NCBI RefSeq assembly: GCF_046719735.1
Contig: NZ_JAUTWQ010000003.1
Location: 30,246 to 94,245, forward strand
Direction: 5' to 3'
Length of the DNA: 64,000 nucleotides
Source of the DNA: Halobacillus rhizosphaerae
GTDB taxonomy: Bacteria > Bacillota > Bacilli > Bacillales > Halobacillaceae
Part shown: in pieces, positions 9,543 through 18,793 of the stretch
How the letters are laid out: every line of letters starts with the position of its first letter
How positions within the stretch are numbered: the stretch's first letter is position 1
Notes under the pieces: model-generated
Told to the model about the DNA's origin: nothing
Seen by the model: only the letters and a program-made list of their open reading frames with translations
The model's database searches: none
Translations under genes and position numbers: made by a program

Positions 9543-10673
9543 TTCTGTGATTCCATGGCGCAGCATCTTAAATTTCACATGAATATCCACATCTAAATTA
9601 GGAATGGTTTCTCTCCACTGCTTCTCAGTTAACCGCTGTGTCCGATTTTTGCTATTGTAATTTCTGCCAAACCCCACAGGGTCAATCTGATCCTCTTTTA
9701 ATTGTTCGATCAACCCTTCTAATTGCTTTGTTAATTCTTTTTCTACTTCTCGTTCTATTTTATCTATGACCTTCATTTGTTTTAAATCAATATCTTTGGA
9801 TAGCTCTAAAAGTCTGGCATCCATTTTGATATGAACGGTTTGCTTAGAAGGAGAGCCTTGTTTTGGAGAAATTTTGACTTTACTGTTGATTTCATGAAAA
9901 GAAACTAACAGAGGACCTTCATCATAATCTTGTTTGCTCGTTTCTTTTTTATCCTCCTCAAATGCATCTTTTTCAAGTTTTAATTGAAATTGCCCATCCG
10001 AGAACTCATTCTTTAAGATCATTAATTTATAAATATCCTCCTGAGGAAGTTCATCTTGGAAAGAATCTTCCTTAAATAAAGCTAAACCTTTGATCACCGC
10101 TTTATTATTTTCAAGTTTCATCAAAGGGAGAACAGGATCTATTCCCACGTCATAATACATATGGTTAAACTCATGCAGCGTACAGTTTGGAATAATTTGT
10201 CTATGAATACTTTTCTCCAGGAGCCGCTGCATATAAGTACCGATGTTGGGCGCGTCTTCTGAATTAGCTGAATTCAATAATTCAGCTGCCTGGTTATCAG
10301 CTATAGCTAGATAGCCCATGTCAGAAACTTTGGCATCCCTTGAAAGGGTATCCATGTATCCTTCCAGTCCGCTTTTTGCAATATCTCTTCCGTAGATTTC
10401 TAAGCGAACTTGGCCGGAAACCAACTTGTGACTAGTTTTTGTATCTGCATTTAAACGCAGTCCTTTAGAAGTAGCCGCTTCACTTATAAGTACTTGAGAC
10501 GTAGTAGGGGAAGTAGAGCTGAATTGGTTGATTACCATACTTCCCCTTAATTTATTATTGTCTATTTTGTCATAGCCGACTGCTGTAATAATACCTAACT
10601 GCTCCAAGTAATTTTTGGGAAGACATCCCGTCAGCAATAGTGATAGGAGAAGAAACAGAATGCTTATTCTCAT
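9540..10673 (-). CDS. spore germination protein, Ger(x)C lipoprotein family
   Basis: Signal peptide with lipobox LLTGC. Third gene of an A-B-C operon. Confidence 0.8.
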   Translation of the reverse strand: MRISILFLLLSLLLTGCLPKNYLEQLGIITAVGYDKIDNNKLRGSMVINQFSSTSPTTSQVLISEAATSKGLRLNADTKTSHKLVSGQVRLEIYGRDIAKSGLEGYMDTLSRDAKVSDMGYLAIADNQAAELLNSANSEDAPNIGTYMQRLLEKSIHRQIIPNCTLHEFNHMYYDVGIDPVLPLMKLENNKAVIKGLALFKEDSFQDELPQEDIYKLMILKNEFSDGQFQLKLEKDAFEEDKKETSKQDYDEGPLLVSFHEINSKVKISPKQGSPSKQTVHIKMDARLLELSKDIDLKQMKVIDKIEREVEKELTKQLEGLIEQLKEDQIDPVGFGRNYNSKNRTQRLTEKQWRETIPNLDVDIHVKFKMLRHGITE

Positions 10674-11776
10674 GAGGAATGCCCCTTTTTAAGTCGTTTT
10701 TTAATTTTAACGATTGGATAAAGAATCAGGGGGTAAATAAAAACGAGATAAAACCCTGATTTTGCGGCAAAATCCGTAAGCTTGTCAATATTGATCCGGT
10801 ATTCAATTAGCATAGAAGCAATAAAGAGACAAACTGCCAGCGTGTACATCGTAGGTTTTTCCGGTGCGTTAAAGCTCCTGCGAAATATACGGATGATCAT
10901 CCAAAAAAAGATAATTAAGTTAGGCAGAATAACTGTCATCCACAGGGATACGGCGAGAACATCAAATCGTTCAATAAAGGAGAAATGGATGATTTTAAAA
11001 AGCGAAAGCGTTGCCCAGACCGATTCTTTCAATTGACCGGGGCTGAAGTAGCCTATGGAAACGACGGTGACAAGAAAGATAAGCAGATTCGTTAAGAAAA
11101 TCCCGGCGTGAAGTGGGAGGTGGATATCTTTCTTATTCCGGATATAGGGATAAATGAAGAAGAGCACCTCGAATCCTAGAACTGAATAGCTCATCTTAAA
11201 TGCTCCTCGTAATATATCCATATAGCTATGAATTCCAATCGGAGTAAAGTGGCTCCAATCCATAAGTGATAAAGGTTTATATAGGGAGAAAACAAGCCAG
11301 ATGGTTCCGAAAAAAAACAAAAAGCTAACCCCGACCATGACACGAAAACCACCCAGCAAACTATAAACCACTAAAAAAATTAAAAATAGACTCATCAGCC
11401 ATGTAGACATTTCAGGCAAGACAAATACCTGAACAACCTCAATGTAATTCTTTAAAACAGCTAAGAGAATGGAAAACAAATAGACGAGGTAAGCAGAGGA
11501 AATCAACCTTCCTATCCACTTGCCAAACACATCTTCTTGAATGCCTAAAATATCGGCGCTTTCATACTCCTTAAGAATCAGCAACATAATCCAAACCACA
11601 AAGTGGATACAGAGGCTGGCAATAATGATGGAAATCCAGGCATCCGATTCAGCCTCTACAAATAATATCCGCGGAACTCCCATCAGTCCTGCACCAATCT
11701 GTAAAGTGTGAACGATAAAGAATACATAAAAAGCTTGAACAGCCTGGTCAGACGAGATCGTTAAATTTATTTTCAT
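10670..11776 (-). CDS. spore germination protein, Ger(x)B (APC-type permease-like) family
   Basis: 368 aa with ~10 TM helices. Overlaps flanking ger genes by 4 nt. Confidence 0.8.
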   Translation of the reverse strand: MKINLTISSDQAVQAFYVFFIVHTLQIGAGLMGVPRILFVEAESDAWISIIIASLCIHFVVWIMLLILKEYESADILGIQEDVFGKWIGRLISSAYLVYLFSILLAVLKNYIEVVQVFVLPEMSTWLMSLFLIFLVVYSLLGGFRVMVGVSFLFFFGTIWLVFSLYKPLSLMDWSHFTPIGIHSYMDILRGAFKMSYSVLGFEVLFFIYPYIRNKKDIHLPLHAGIFLTNLLIFLVTVVSIGYFSPGQLKESVWATLSLFKIIHFSFIERFDVLAVSLWMTVILPNLIIFFWMIIRIFRRSFNAPEKPTMYTLAVCLFIASMLIEYRINIDKLTDFAAKSGFYLVFIYPLILYPIVKIKKRLKKGHSS

Positions 11777-13257
11777 GGTTCATCCACATCTTTATGGATG
11801 GTCGCTTTATCTTTGCTGTATTTCGCTTGATCTTTAGGCATGACATTCACCGGCCTTCTTGTATTTTTCTGAAAGGGCAGGCGGATGATGGAATCATTAA
11901 AATCTTTGGCTTGAAACGGGTATAAGGGTGCGAGATAAGGACGCCCTAATGATTTCTGTTTAAGCAAATGGATAACCAAAAAGCTGAGCCCTGCGAAGAT
12001 TCCAATTAATCCATATGCCCCTGCTAACACGATCATGGGAAAGCGAATGACTCGAATCGCTGTTCCCATTAGATAGCTGGGAGCTGTAAAGGAAGCAAGT
12101 GCACTCAATGCTACAATAATGATTAAAATATTACTCGTAAACCCCGCTTTTACAGCCGCTTGTCCTAACACGATACCGCCTACAATACCCATCGTTTGGC
12201 CAACCTTAGTCGGAAGTCTTGCCCCTGCTTCTCTTAACAATTCAATAAGCAGTTCCAATAACAGAGCTTCAAAGACAGGAGGAAAGGGAACCGTAGATCT
12301 TGATTGCCCCAAGGTAATCAGCAGGGAGGCCGGAATGGTTTCATAATGATAAGTTAAGGCTGCCACGTACATAGGTGTAAGAATAATGGAAATAAACATT
12401 GACCAGAACCGTAGTAAACGAATAAAAGTTCCCATGTTCCATCGCATATACAGATCTTCCGTGGATTCAAAAAAACTGAATAGCGTCATTGGACCAATTA
12501 ATACGGTAGGACTTTTGTCTACAAGTACCCCTACTCTTCCTCTGGAAAGAGAATGGCAGAACCTGTCAGGAAGCTCGGTAAACAGGAGCTGTGGGAAGAC
12601 AGAACTTGATGAATCTTCTATATACTGTCCTAATACGCTCGTATCTTCCACTTCGTCAACGGTCAATTCTTTGATTCTCTGCCTGAAGGTTTTCACATTT
12701 TCTTCATTGGCAAGTGACTTTAAATAAACGAGGCGGATTTCTGATTGAATTCGCTCCCCGACAATCAATTTTTCTACGACTAAGTCCTCTGTATCCAGCC
12801 GCCAGCGGAGGACATTTAAATTCGTCTGCAGTGATTCTGTAAATGAAACTTGCGGTCCGAATACTAATGATTCTGTTTCCGCCCTGGCAAGCTGCCGTTT
12901 AGATTGCTCGGGCACGTCAAAGATAATTGCTTCTTTTTCTCCTGGAAAATAGATGGCGGCAGATCCATGAATGATCTTCTTCGAAATGTCGGGCACAGAG
13001 TTGACGGTTTCTGAGGAAGCCAGCGGAATTTTATTTTGCAGTTCTTGAATGGTCCAGGGTTTTCTATTGCTCATAAGAGGTTCCAGCAATTCATGTTCTA
13101 GTTGTTCCTTGTTTACTTGATAATTAACGAAATGCAGGATGATTTTCTGGCCTTTAATATGAAAGATTTTTTGCACTAAGTCTGGACTTTGATTGAATTG
13201 ATCTTCGAGTGCTTGAATATAGGCCTCTAAGTCCATAGGTAATTGGGTACCGTTCAT
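11773..13257 (-). CDS. spore germination protein, Ger(x)A family
   Basis: 494 aa with an N-terminal soluble domain and C-terminal TM segments. First gene of the tricistronic operon. Confidence 0.8.
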   Translation of the reverse strand: MNGTQLPMDLEAYIQALEDQFNQSPDLVQKIFHIKGQKIILHFVNYQVNKEQLEHELLEPLMSNRKPWTIQELQNKIPLASSETVNSVPDISKKIIHGSAAIYFPGEKEAIIFDVPEQSKRQLARAETESLVFGPQVSFTESLQTNLNVLRWRLDTEDLVVEKLIVGERIQSEIRLVYLKSLANEENVKTFRQRIKELTVDEVEDTSVLGQYIEDSSSSVFPQLLFTELPDRFCHSLSRGRVGVLVDKSPTVLIGPMTLFSFFESTEDLYMRWNMGTFIRLLRFWSMFISIILTPMYVAALTYHYETIPASLLITLGQSRSTVPFPPVFEALLLELLIELLREAGARLPTKVGQTMGIVGGIVLGQAAVKAGFTSNILIIIVALSALASFTAPSYLMGTAIRVIRFPMIVLAGAYGLIGIFAGLSFLVIHLLKQKSLGRPYLAPLYPFQAKDFNDSIIRLPFQKNTRRPVNVMPKDQAKYSKDKATIHKDVDEP

Positions 13258-13547
13258 GATCTCACCATCTCTCGAAAGTAGCTGGAATTAGTATGTGATA
13301 AAGCATTTTATTTATGAAAAGAGATACTATGTTTTAGAGGTTATTTTCATACGGGGTTCTTAAATTGCGTTTAACAGCGTTTAGTAATACCTGCCTCATA
13401 TGCATGAAATCAAAGGATTAACTCCAGGACGCTTCCTCGAGTACGGTCTTTGACTTTCCAAACATGAAATGAACAGAGTCTTCATGAAAAATTAAGCAAG
13501 AAAATATGAAAAGATGGGAAGAATGATAGGAAAAGGAGGGAAAATAT

Positions 13548-14570
13548 GTGGAACATCAATTAATCGAAGTTTATGTACCGGATCATCATTTTGAATCCAT
13601 TGACGAAAAATTAAAACAGTACAATTACCAATCGTATTGGGTTTCCAGTGAATCTGAAGAACGAATGCTTGTAAGAATCTTAGTAGGAACGAGAGAAGTG
13701 GAAGAGATTCTTAACTATTTGGAGGGCGTCTCTAATGTAGTTGAAGGGTTTGAAACGATGCTTATTCCTGTAAAAACATATTTTTCTAAGGAAACCGTCA
13801 ACCGTTCTTCCAAGGAAGAAGTGGAAAAGGAAGAGGAAGAAAATGAAAGGATCCGTTTACTTCGTGCCAGCAGACAAGAACTGATTACCTCTGTAGAAAA
13901 AAGCGGTACGATTACCTGGAATTATTCCCTGCTTATTATTTTATCTGCTATAGTAGCTACGGTCGGATTCTTAAAAGACAGCGAAGCCGTTGTAATTGGA
14001 GCCATGGTGATTGCGCCTATGATCGGTCCTGTCATTGCGGTTGCTTTCACTTCCGTATTAGGAGATTACAAACTACTGGGCAGAGCGGCCGTAACTTCTT
14101 TATATGGGATTGGCATTGTTTTATTTATTTCCATACTATTTGGGTATTTTTCTGATATGGGAATGCACACCGACCAATATTTAGACCGCACAAAGGTTAC
14201 GATTATCGATATTTATCTCGGGGTCGCCTCAGGAGCTGCTGGAGCATTGGCGTTTTTAAATCGATTATCTGGAAATCTGGTGGGAGTCATGGTAGCTGTT
14301 GCCCTTCTGCCTCCGACGGTTGCGATGGGGATGTCCATTGGAGATGGGGCTTATCTTCACGCGTATGGGGCATTTCTTCTTGTAACAGTTAATATTATGT
14401 CCATTTTACTGGCCGCTGTAACGATGTTTTCGATTAGCGGAATTCGGCCCGTCCGTTGGGAAGAAGTGAGAAAAGCGAATGTTTCCAGGCCGTTATCTAT
14501 TATTTTCGTGATTATTATTGTCGTCATTCTTGCCTTAGTTATAGTGATTGGTAAGGATGTAAATGCATAG
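13548..14570 (+). CDS. DUF389/TIGR00341-like membrane protein
   Basis: N-terminal soluble domain followed by multiple Gly-rich TM helices (MVIAPMIGP motif). Confidence 0.5.
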   Translation: MEHQLIEVYVPDHHFESIDEKLKQYNYQSYWVSSESEERMLVRILVGTREVEEILNYLEGVSNVVEGFETMLIPVKTYFSKETVNRSSKEEVEKEEEENERIRLLRASRQELITSVEKSGTITWNYSLLIILSAIVATVGFLKDSEAVVIGAMVIAPMIGPVIAVAFTSVLGDYKLLGRAAVTSLYGIGIVLFISILFGYFSDMGMHTDQYLDRTKVTIIDIYLGVASGAAGALAFLNRLSGNLVGVMVAVALLPPTVAMGMSIGDGAYLHAYGAFLLVTVNIMSILLAAVTMFSISGIRPVRWEEVRKANVSRPLSIIFVIIIVVILALVIVIGKDVNA

Positions 14571-14587
14571 ATGAGACCGTTAGGAAA

Positions 14588-14634
14588 TAAACTTCCGGAG
14601 TCTGCATCTTTCTGAGGAAGTTTATTTCTTTTTA
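14588..14634 (+). terminator. rho-independent terminator
   Basis: Hairpin AAACTTCCGGAG...GAGGAAGTTT followed by a T-run. Confidence 0.7.
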
Positions 14635-14703
14635 ATTCACGGTTGATTAAAAATTTTGAAAATTATATAATATATAATCATGGATAGAAAGGAGGTCACG
14701 ATC

Positions 14704-14763
14704 ATGGAAAAGCTAAGATTTGAAAGAATCCGTAACTTTATAAAGATCGTGGCTCCATTCTAA
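14704..14763 (+). CDS. putative 19-aa leader peptide (MEKLRFERIRNFIKIVAPF)
   Basis: RBS GGAGGT lies 7 nt upstream. It is followed by the terminator hairpin at 14828-14856. Confidence 0.25.
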   Translation: MEKLRFERIRNFIKIVAPF

Positions 14764-14827
14764 CCCTTTAAGAACGTGATTACGGGAAAATGAAAGCCGC
14801 GTATTGCCGTGGCCGTTTAATGTTCTC

Positions 14828-14856
14828 AAGCATACGTCCTGGACGTATGCTTTTTT
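14828..14856 (+). terminator. candidate attenuator/terminator in ABC transporter leader
   Basis: AAGCATACGTCCTGGACGTATGCTT followed by TTTTTTG. Confidence 0.5.
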
Positions 14857-14954
14857 GCGTCTTTTACAGAATTTCTGCTTTATGGTTAGTTTCAGCTGCG
14901 AACTTTATGAAAAGTTCACCAGTTGTTCTATATAAAAAATTCTAGGAGGTACTT

Positions 14955-15056
14955 ATGAGATGGAAAGAATCAGAGTCAGGAAAGAATGGAACGATGATTG
15001 GAAAGAAAGCGGCTAGCTGGATTTTAATTGGGAAAGGGCGGGACTTTTATGTTTAG
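14955..15056 (+). CDS. putative 33-aa upstream ORF overlapping the ABC exporter start
   Basis: RBS AGGAGGT lies 6 nt upstream of the ATG. It overlaps the ABC gene start by 8 nt. Confidence 0.25.
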   Translation: MRWKESESGKNGTMIGKKAASWILIGKGRDFYV

Positions 15057-15465
15057 TGTGTTATTTAAATTAGGTTGGTTTTTTAAAAAATATTGGAAGC
15101 GTTACACCTTCGCTATTATCGCGCTGATTGTTGTAAGTGCGATTGATCTGATTCCTCCTAAATTAGTAGGGATGGCGATTGATGAGATCCAATTTAATTC
15201 ATTGAAGATGGATAAACTCATTCATGTGATGCTGCTGTATGGAGGGTTAATTGCAGCGAGTTATACGCTCTCCTATCTTTGGGATTATACCCTGTTCAGC
15301 GGTGCCATGATTATGGAGCGTTCGATGCGTTCACGGCTGATGAACCATTTCCTGAAGATGACGCCTACTTTCTTTGGGAAGAATCGTACCGGTGATTTAA
15401 TGGCTCGCGCGACCAATGAATCCGTTGCTCTAATGTTGCCATTAAATCACCTATACAATTCTTAA
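15049..15465 (+). pseudogene. 5' fragment (first ~135 codons, TM helices 1-3) of an ABC exporter gene interrupted by prophage insertion
   Basis: ABC exporter TMD N-terminus (KKYWKRY, GDLMARATNE) ends at 15465. The recombinase stop codon lies at 15481, with no Walker A or ABC signature downstream. Confidence 0.6.
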
Positions 15466-15480
15466 CTAATGGTTATCCCC

Positions 15481-16989
15481 TTAGAGAAAATTTACAGTCA
15501 CGCTCGCTTTCGTTGCATCTTGATTTTTTAACCATATTATTTCTTTGATTATGCTCTTATAAAGATTGTTCATTGCTTCATGATCCTTGGCTTCTAGAAT
15601 GTCTTGCATAAACAATCCAATTGATGAGATTGTTTCATTACGTTCATTCTTATCTGTGACTTGCATTTGCTTTCTTATTTTTTTCAAATCGTTTTCCAGT
15701 TCTAACTTATTCTCTTCACGCTGTTTCATTTTCTTTCTGTAGCGATTGAGGTCGTAAGCACCTTCCTCATAAGCATCCTCAATTCGTTCAATTGCAAGTT
15801 CTTCTTTTGCCAACCTATCTTCTAAGTCATTGATTTTATTTTGTAAATTGTTTTCCTTTTGTTTCTGCATATCATCTTTTTCTACATTTTCAAGTCGGTA
15901 CTTAATAATGTTTGCTGTTTGATAAATTGCATCTTGGATTATGTCAGTGTATCCACCTCTGTTTCCACATTCACAATTACACATACTTTCTGGTGTTTTA
16001 TGAGGTATGTTTTTTCCACATGATCCACATTTAATTAATCCAGAGAACATTCTTGCTTGGTTGGTGTATCTTCTTTTTGGTCGATTTTTGAATATGTCTT
16101 TCATTTTGTTTAGTTCTTCTTCTGTGATTATTTCCTTATGACAATTTTCAACCACAATCCATTTTGATTCTGGGATGCGTTCATATGGTCTTGCATTAGG
16201 ATGTTTTTCTCTGTACTTTTTTGAAGCACCTTTAGATTTATTTCCAACTATGCAACCTGTATACACTCTATTACACATCATCCTCTGAATTGTTGAATGA
16301 TACCATTTACCACCTTTAGGTGAAGGAAGTTTTAATTTATTCAATTCCCAAGCTACTTCATAAGTTGATTTTCCATTTAATATCCATTCCACCATCATTC
16401 GTATGTGCTTGTACTTTTCTTCATCAACATCTAAACCCTTTGTTTTTGGATTGTAGATGTAACCATATGGTGCAAGACTATAGACAAAGTTTCCTGCAAA
16501 TAATCCATTTCTTTTACCATCTCTTAGCCTACGTTTAATTTCTCTGTATTCAAATTTCGAAATAAATCCTTGAATTTCTGCTTGCTGTTCATCACTTTCA
16601 TTGTTGAAGTCAAATATCTTATAGGGACTTATTGTAATGTAGTAAGTGTAGGTATTTCTAAAAGTAATTAGGATTTTTTCTTGATCTCCACTTCCTCCAC
16701 GACCAATACGTGCATAATCATATCCTATGACAGCATCAAATGATTTTTCTTCAACGTCTTGTAATAGTTGTTGCATTATTGGTCTTCCTGCTATGGAGTC
16801 ACCAGAACCAATTTCTTCGTATAGGACATACTTCCAACCTTCATGTTTACATTTTGCTATCATTGCAGATTTATGTTTTTCTAAGTCTTTTTCTAAATCA
16901 CCACGACTTTTCCTAACATATAGTGCAACGGTATCTATATTTGATTCTTTAGGTGCAGAAATTTCATCAGCTTGCACTTGAGTTGTCAT
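15481..16989 (-). CDS. large serine recombinase (prophage integrase)
   Basis: N-terminal resolvase catalytic domain (YVRKSRGD), recombinase domain, Cys-rich zinc ribbon (CGSCGKN...CNCECG) and coiled coil. Confidence 0.9.
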   Translation of the reverse strand: MTTQVQADEISAPKESNIDTVALYVRKSRGDLEKDLEKHKSAMIAKCKHEGWKYVLYEEIGSGDSIAGRPIMQQLLQDVEEKSFDAVIGYDYARIGRGGSGDQEKILITFRNTYTYYITISPYKIFDFNNESDEQQAEIQGFISKFEYREIKRRLRDGKRNGLFAGNFVYSLAPYGYIYNPKTKGLDVDEEKYKHIRMMVEWILNGKSTYEVAWELNKLKLPSPKGGKWYHSTIQRMMCNRVYTGCIVGNKSKGASKKYREKHPNARPYERIPESKWIVVENCHKEIITEEELNKMKDIFKNRPKRRYTNQARMFSGLIKCGSCGKNIPHKTPESMCNCECGNRGGYTDIIQDAIYQTANIIKYRLENVEKDDMQKQKENNLQNKINDLEDRLAKEELAIERIEDAYEEGAYDLNRYRKKMKQREENKLELENDLKKIRKQMQVTDKNERNETISSIGLFMQDILEAKDHEAMNNLYKSIIKEIIWLKNQDATKASVTVNFL

Positions 16990-17572
16990 TAATTATGTCA
17001 GTCCTTTCATACGTTAAAGTTACTGAAAATAAATCATTTTCATTTGGTGTAATATCTGTTGCCATCCAAGACTTTTCAACAGTTCCCCATAAGCCTTGTT
17101 TTTCAGCTTGGCTTGAAATTGCATTGTAAGACCTGTCCAAATAAATCATACAACCTTTGACACCATGAGTAGGATAGTATTTCTTCAAAATTTCTATTTC
17201 TTCATCAGTCCAACCATCTTTTCTAGTCTTCATTCTTTGTTGCTTGGCGAGTTCTTGAGCCTCTACTGTTTTCTTTAAACCAAGTTGATGAGCTTTCCTT
17301 CGTAAATCATTTTCATTAATCTCCATGTGGGCAAATTCTTCAACTAAATCTGCATTAATTGAATGAGGGTAAAGTTCACTTAATTTTTTCTTATCTTTGT
17401 CTGACCAAATAATTCTCTTTTTTCTTTTTCTTTTAAGTCCAAGCCTTTCTGCTTTATCTCTAACTTCACTGGCTTGAAAACGTTTAAGGAGGGCAGTAGT
17501 TTTTTCAATGCCTTTTACTTGATAATTTTCTTTAAGGATTTTAATTTCTTCGCTTGTCCAAATATCAGTCAT
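16967..17572 (-). CDS. protein with three Myb/SANT-like repeats (DNA-binding; candidate recombination directionality or regulatory factor)
   Basis: Three repeats of W-T/S-x-EE-I-x-x-L-K-x-x-Y...LGLKK. It is co-oriented with, and 22 nt overlapping, the recombinase gene. Confidence 0.4.
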   Translation of the reverse strand: MTDIWTSEEIKILKENYQVKGIEKTTALLKRFQASEVRDKAERLGLKRKRKKRIIWSDKDKKKLSELYPHSINADLVEEFAHMEINENDLRRKAHQLGLKKTVEAQELAKQQRMKTRKDGWTDEEIEILKKYYPTHGVKGCMIYLDRSYNAISSQAEKQGLWGTVEKSWMATDITPNENDLFSVTLTYERTDIINDNSSAS

Positions 17573-17625
17573 TATAAACCTCCTATATGATTATTCTTTG
17601 TATTTATTATACCAATTTTCTTGAT
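17573..17625 (-). promoter_or_regulatory. sigmaA-like promoter with extended -10 (TGgTATAAT) for the Myb-like/recombinase operon
   Basis: Minus strand reads TTGTTT-N17-TGGTATAAT. RBS AGGAGG lies 9 nt before the start. Confidence 0.5.
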
Positions 17626-17660
17626 AAAAACAATAAAAAAAGAACATATCGCTATGTTCT
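17626..17660 (-). terminator. rho-independent terminator
   Basis: AGAACATATCGCTATGTTCT hairpin followed on the minus strand by TTTTTTATTGTTTTT. Confidence 0.7.
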
Positions 17661-17676
17661 AAATAGAGTATTCTTA

Positions 17677-17799
17677 TTATGGATATCTTTTATGTATTTC
17701 TTTTGCAATACGGTCAATGACTTCTTGGGGAACTTTTTCAGCATAGTCATTTTTAAATTTTTCAAACAATTTATGATTAGGGATAATCCGTACTTTCAT
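17677..17799 (-). CDS. small 40-aa ORF (MKVRIIPNHKLFEKF...) with RBS GGAGTGA
   Basis: Below the ORF-track threshold. A strong terminator lies immediately downstream. Confidence 0.3.
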   Translation of the reverse strand: MKVRIIPNHKLFEKFKNDYAEKVPQEVIDRIAKEIHKRYP

Positions 17800-17843
17800 G
17801 TTGGTCACTCCTTGGTATAATAAAATAAAGGGAGGTATTAACC

Positions 17844-18158
17844 ATGTCTTTATTTAAAGGGAAGATATATTGTTTCACGTGTAACAAAAAACATAAGTAT
17901 AAAAAACGATCTAAAAAGCCTGTATATGTATGTTCTAAATATGATAATTATGGTTCTAATGCTTGTGACAGAAATCAAATCAGTGAGGAAGAGGTAGTTT
18001 GGCTTATTTCTGGTCACTTTGCAATTGGTGAAATAGATGTTACAAGAGAGTTTATAATTGAAAATGTCTCACATATTATTGCAGGTGCAGAATCTATAGA
18101 GGTCTTCTACAATAACGGACAAAAATCGCTAATATCATCAACTCAGATGATTAAGTAA
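17844..18158 (+). CDS. small protein resembling only the zinc-ribbon/C-terminal portion of a large serine recombinase
   Basis: Motifs G-K-I-Y-C-F-T-C...YVCSKY...C mirror the recombinase zinc beta-ribbon. It has its own TATAAT and RBS AAAGGGAGG. It is one of only two plus-strand genes in the prophage. Confidence 0.4.
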   Translation: MSLFKGKIYCFTCNKKHKYKKRSKKPVYVCSKYDNYGSNACDRNQISEEEVVWLISGHFAIGEIDVTREFIIENVSHIIAGAESIEVFYNNGQKSLISSTQMIK

Positions 18159-18205
18159 TAAAAATACATCAATTTGCATATTTATTCTTTAGGGTGAACT
18201 AGCTA

Positions 18206-18275
18206 TAAAAATACCCTAGAGGTTGAGGGAGGAAAAGGGCTTTAAAACCAATGTTTCTTCTCAACCTCTAGGGTG
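18206..18275 (-). terminator. long perfect hairpin (15-bp arms ACCCTAGAGGTTGAG/CTCAACCTCTAGGGT, 33-nt loop) with T-run on minus strand
   Basis: Seen directly in the sequence. Confidence 0.5.
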
Positions 18276-18378
18276 AAAAAATCTCCATTACACATTTTAA
18301 ATAGGGAAAATACGTGTAAAATTAGGGTTAATGTATAATATGTATATTAAAATCGAAACAGAACACAATTTGAAATTA

Positions 18379-18402
18379 TTATTATTTATTGCATTTGTTT
18401 GA
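18379..18402 (-). promoter_or_regulatory. SPBRE-like promoter element (variant ATTATTTATTGCATTTG)
   Basis: Shares the family core. Lies upstream of an ORF-free interval ending at the 18213-18275 hairpin. Confidence 0.35.
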
Positions 18403-18793
18403 AATTTAAATTTTTGTCAAAGATATATACACCATTATCCGAGTTCTCATACATTACAGTATGAGGGAAGAACAATTCGGTTAATAACGCATTAAAATTC
18501 GGCATATTAGTAATAGATTCATCAAGGTAAATGTGAGTATATCTTGACCCTTTTCTCACAGGATTATCTTTGATAGATGACATTACAATTTTGCTACCAT
18601 TTTGATATCTAGCAGTGTATCTATGATGTAAGTCAACTGTTTCGTTGCTTAACTTTGAATTTTTCTTTTCTTTCTTCATTAATTCTGTTACTAGGTGCAT
18701 ACTTCTTGACCTACTACCTAAATCAAGATGGTTATGCAACACTAAGATAATTCTATTTTCCATTGTTATCATTCCTTCTGTAAACTCCACCAC
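18386..18793 (-). CDS. hypothetical protein (possibly C-terminal part of a frameshifted gene)
   Basis: 135 aa. Overlaps the upstream ORF by 41 nt in a different frame. Confidence 0.3.
   Translation of the reverse strand: MVEFTEGMITMENRIILVLHNHLDLGSRSRSMHLVTELMKKEKKNSKLSNETVDLHHRYTARYQNGSKIVMSSIKDNPVRKGSRYTHIYLDESITNMPNFNALLTELFFPHTVMYENSDNGVYIFDKNLNFKQMQ

Noticed and set aside
10782-12727. Plus-strand ORFs inside the ger operon (10782..11036, 12119..12346, 12386..12727)
   Set aside because: Antisense to conserved GerAB and GerAA frames.
15028-15048. TTG start at 15028 for the ABC exporter fragment
   Set aside because: ATG 15049 gives the canonical MFSVLFKLGWFF N-terminus. The upstream extension overlaps the small uORF.
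16320-16981. Plus-strand ORFs 16320..16538 and 16727..16981
   Set aside because: Antisense to the serine recombinase gene.
17587-17820. Plus-strand ORF 17587..17820 (77 aa)
   Set aside because: No RBS. It is antisense to a better-supported minus-strand 40-aa ORF and to the promoter and terminator.
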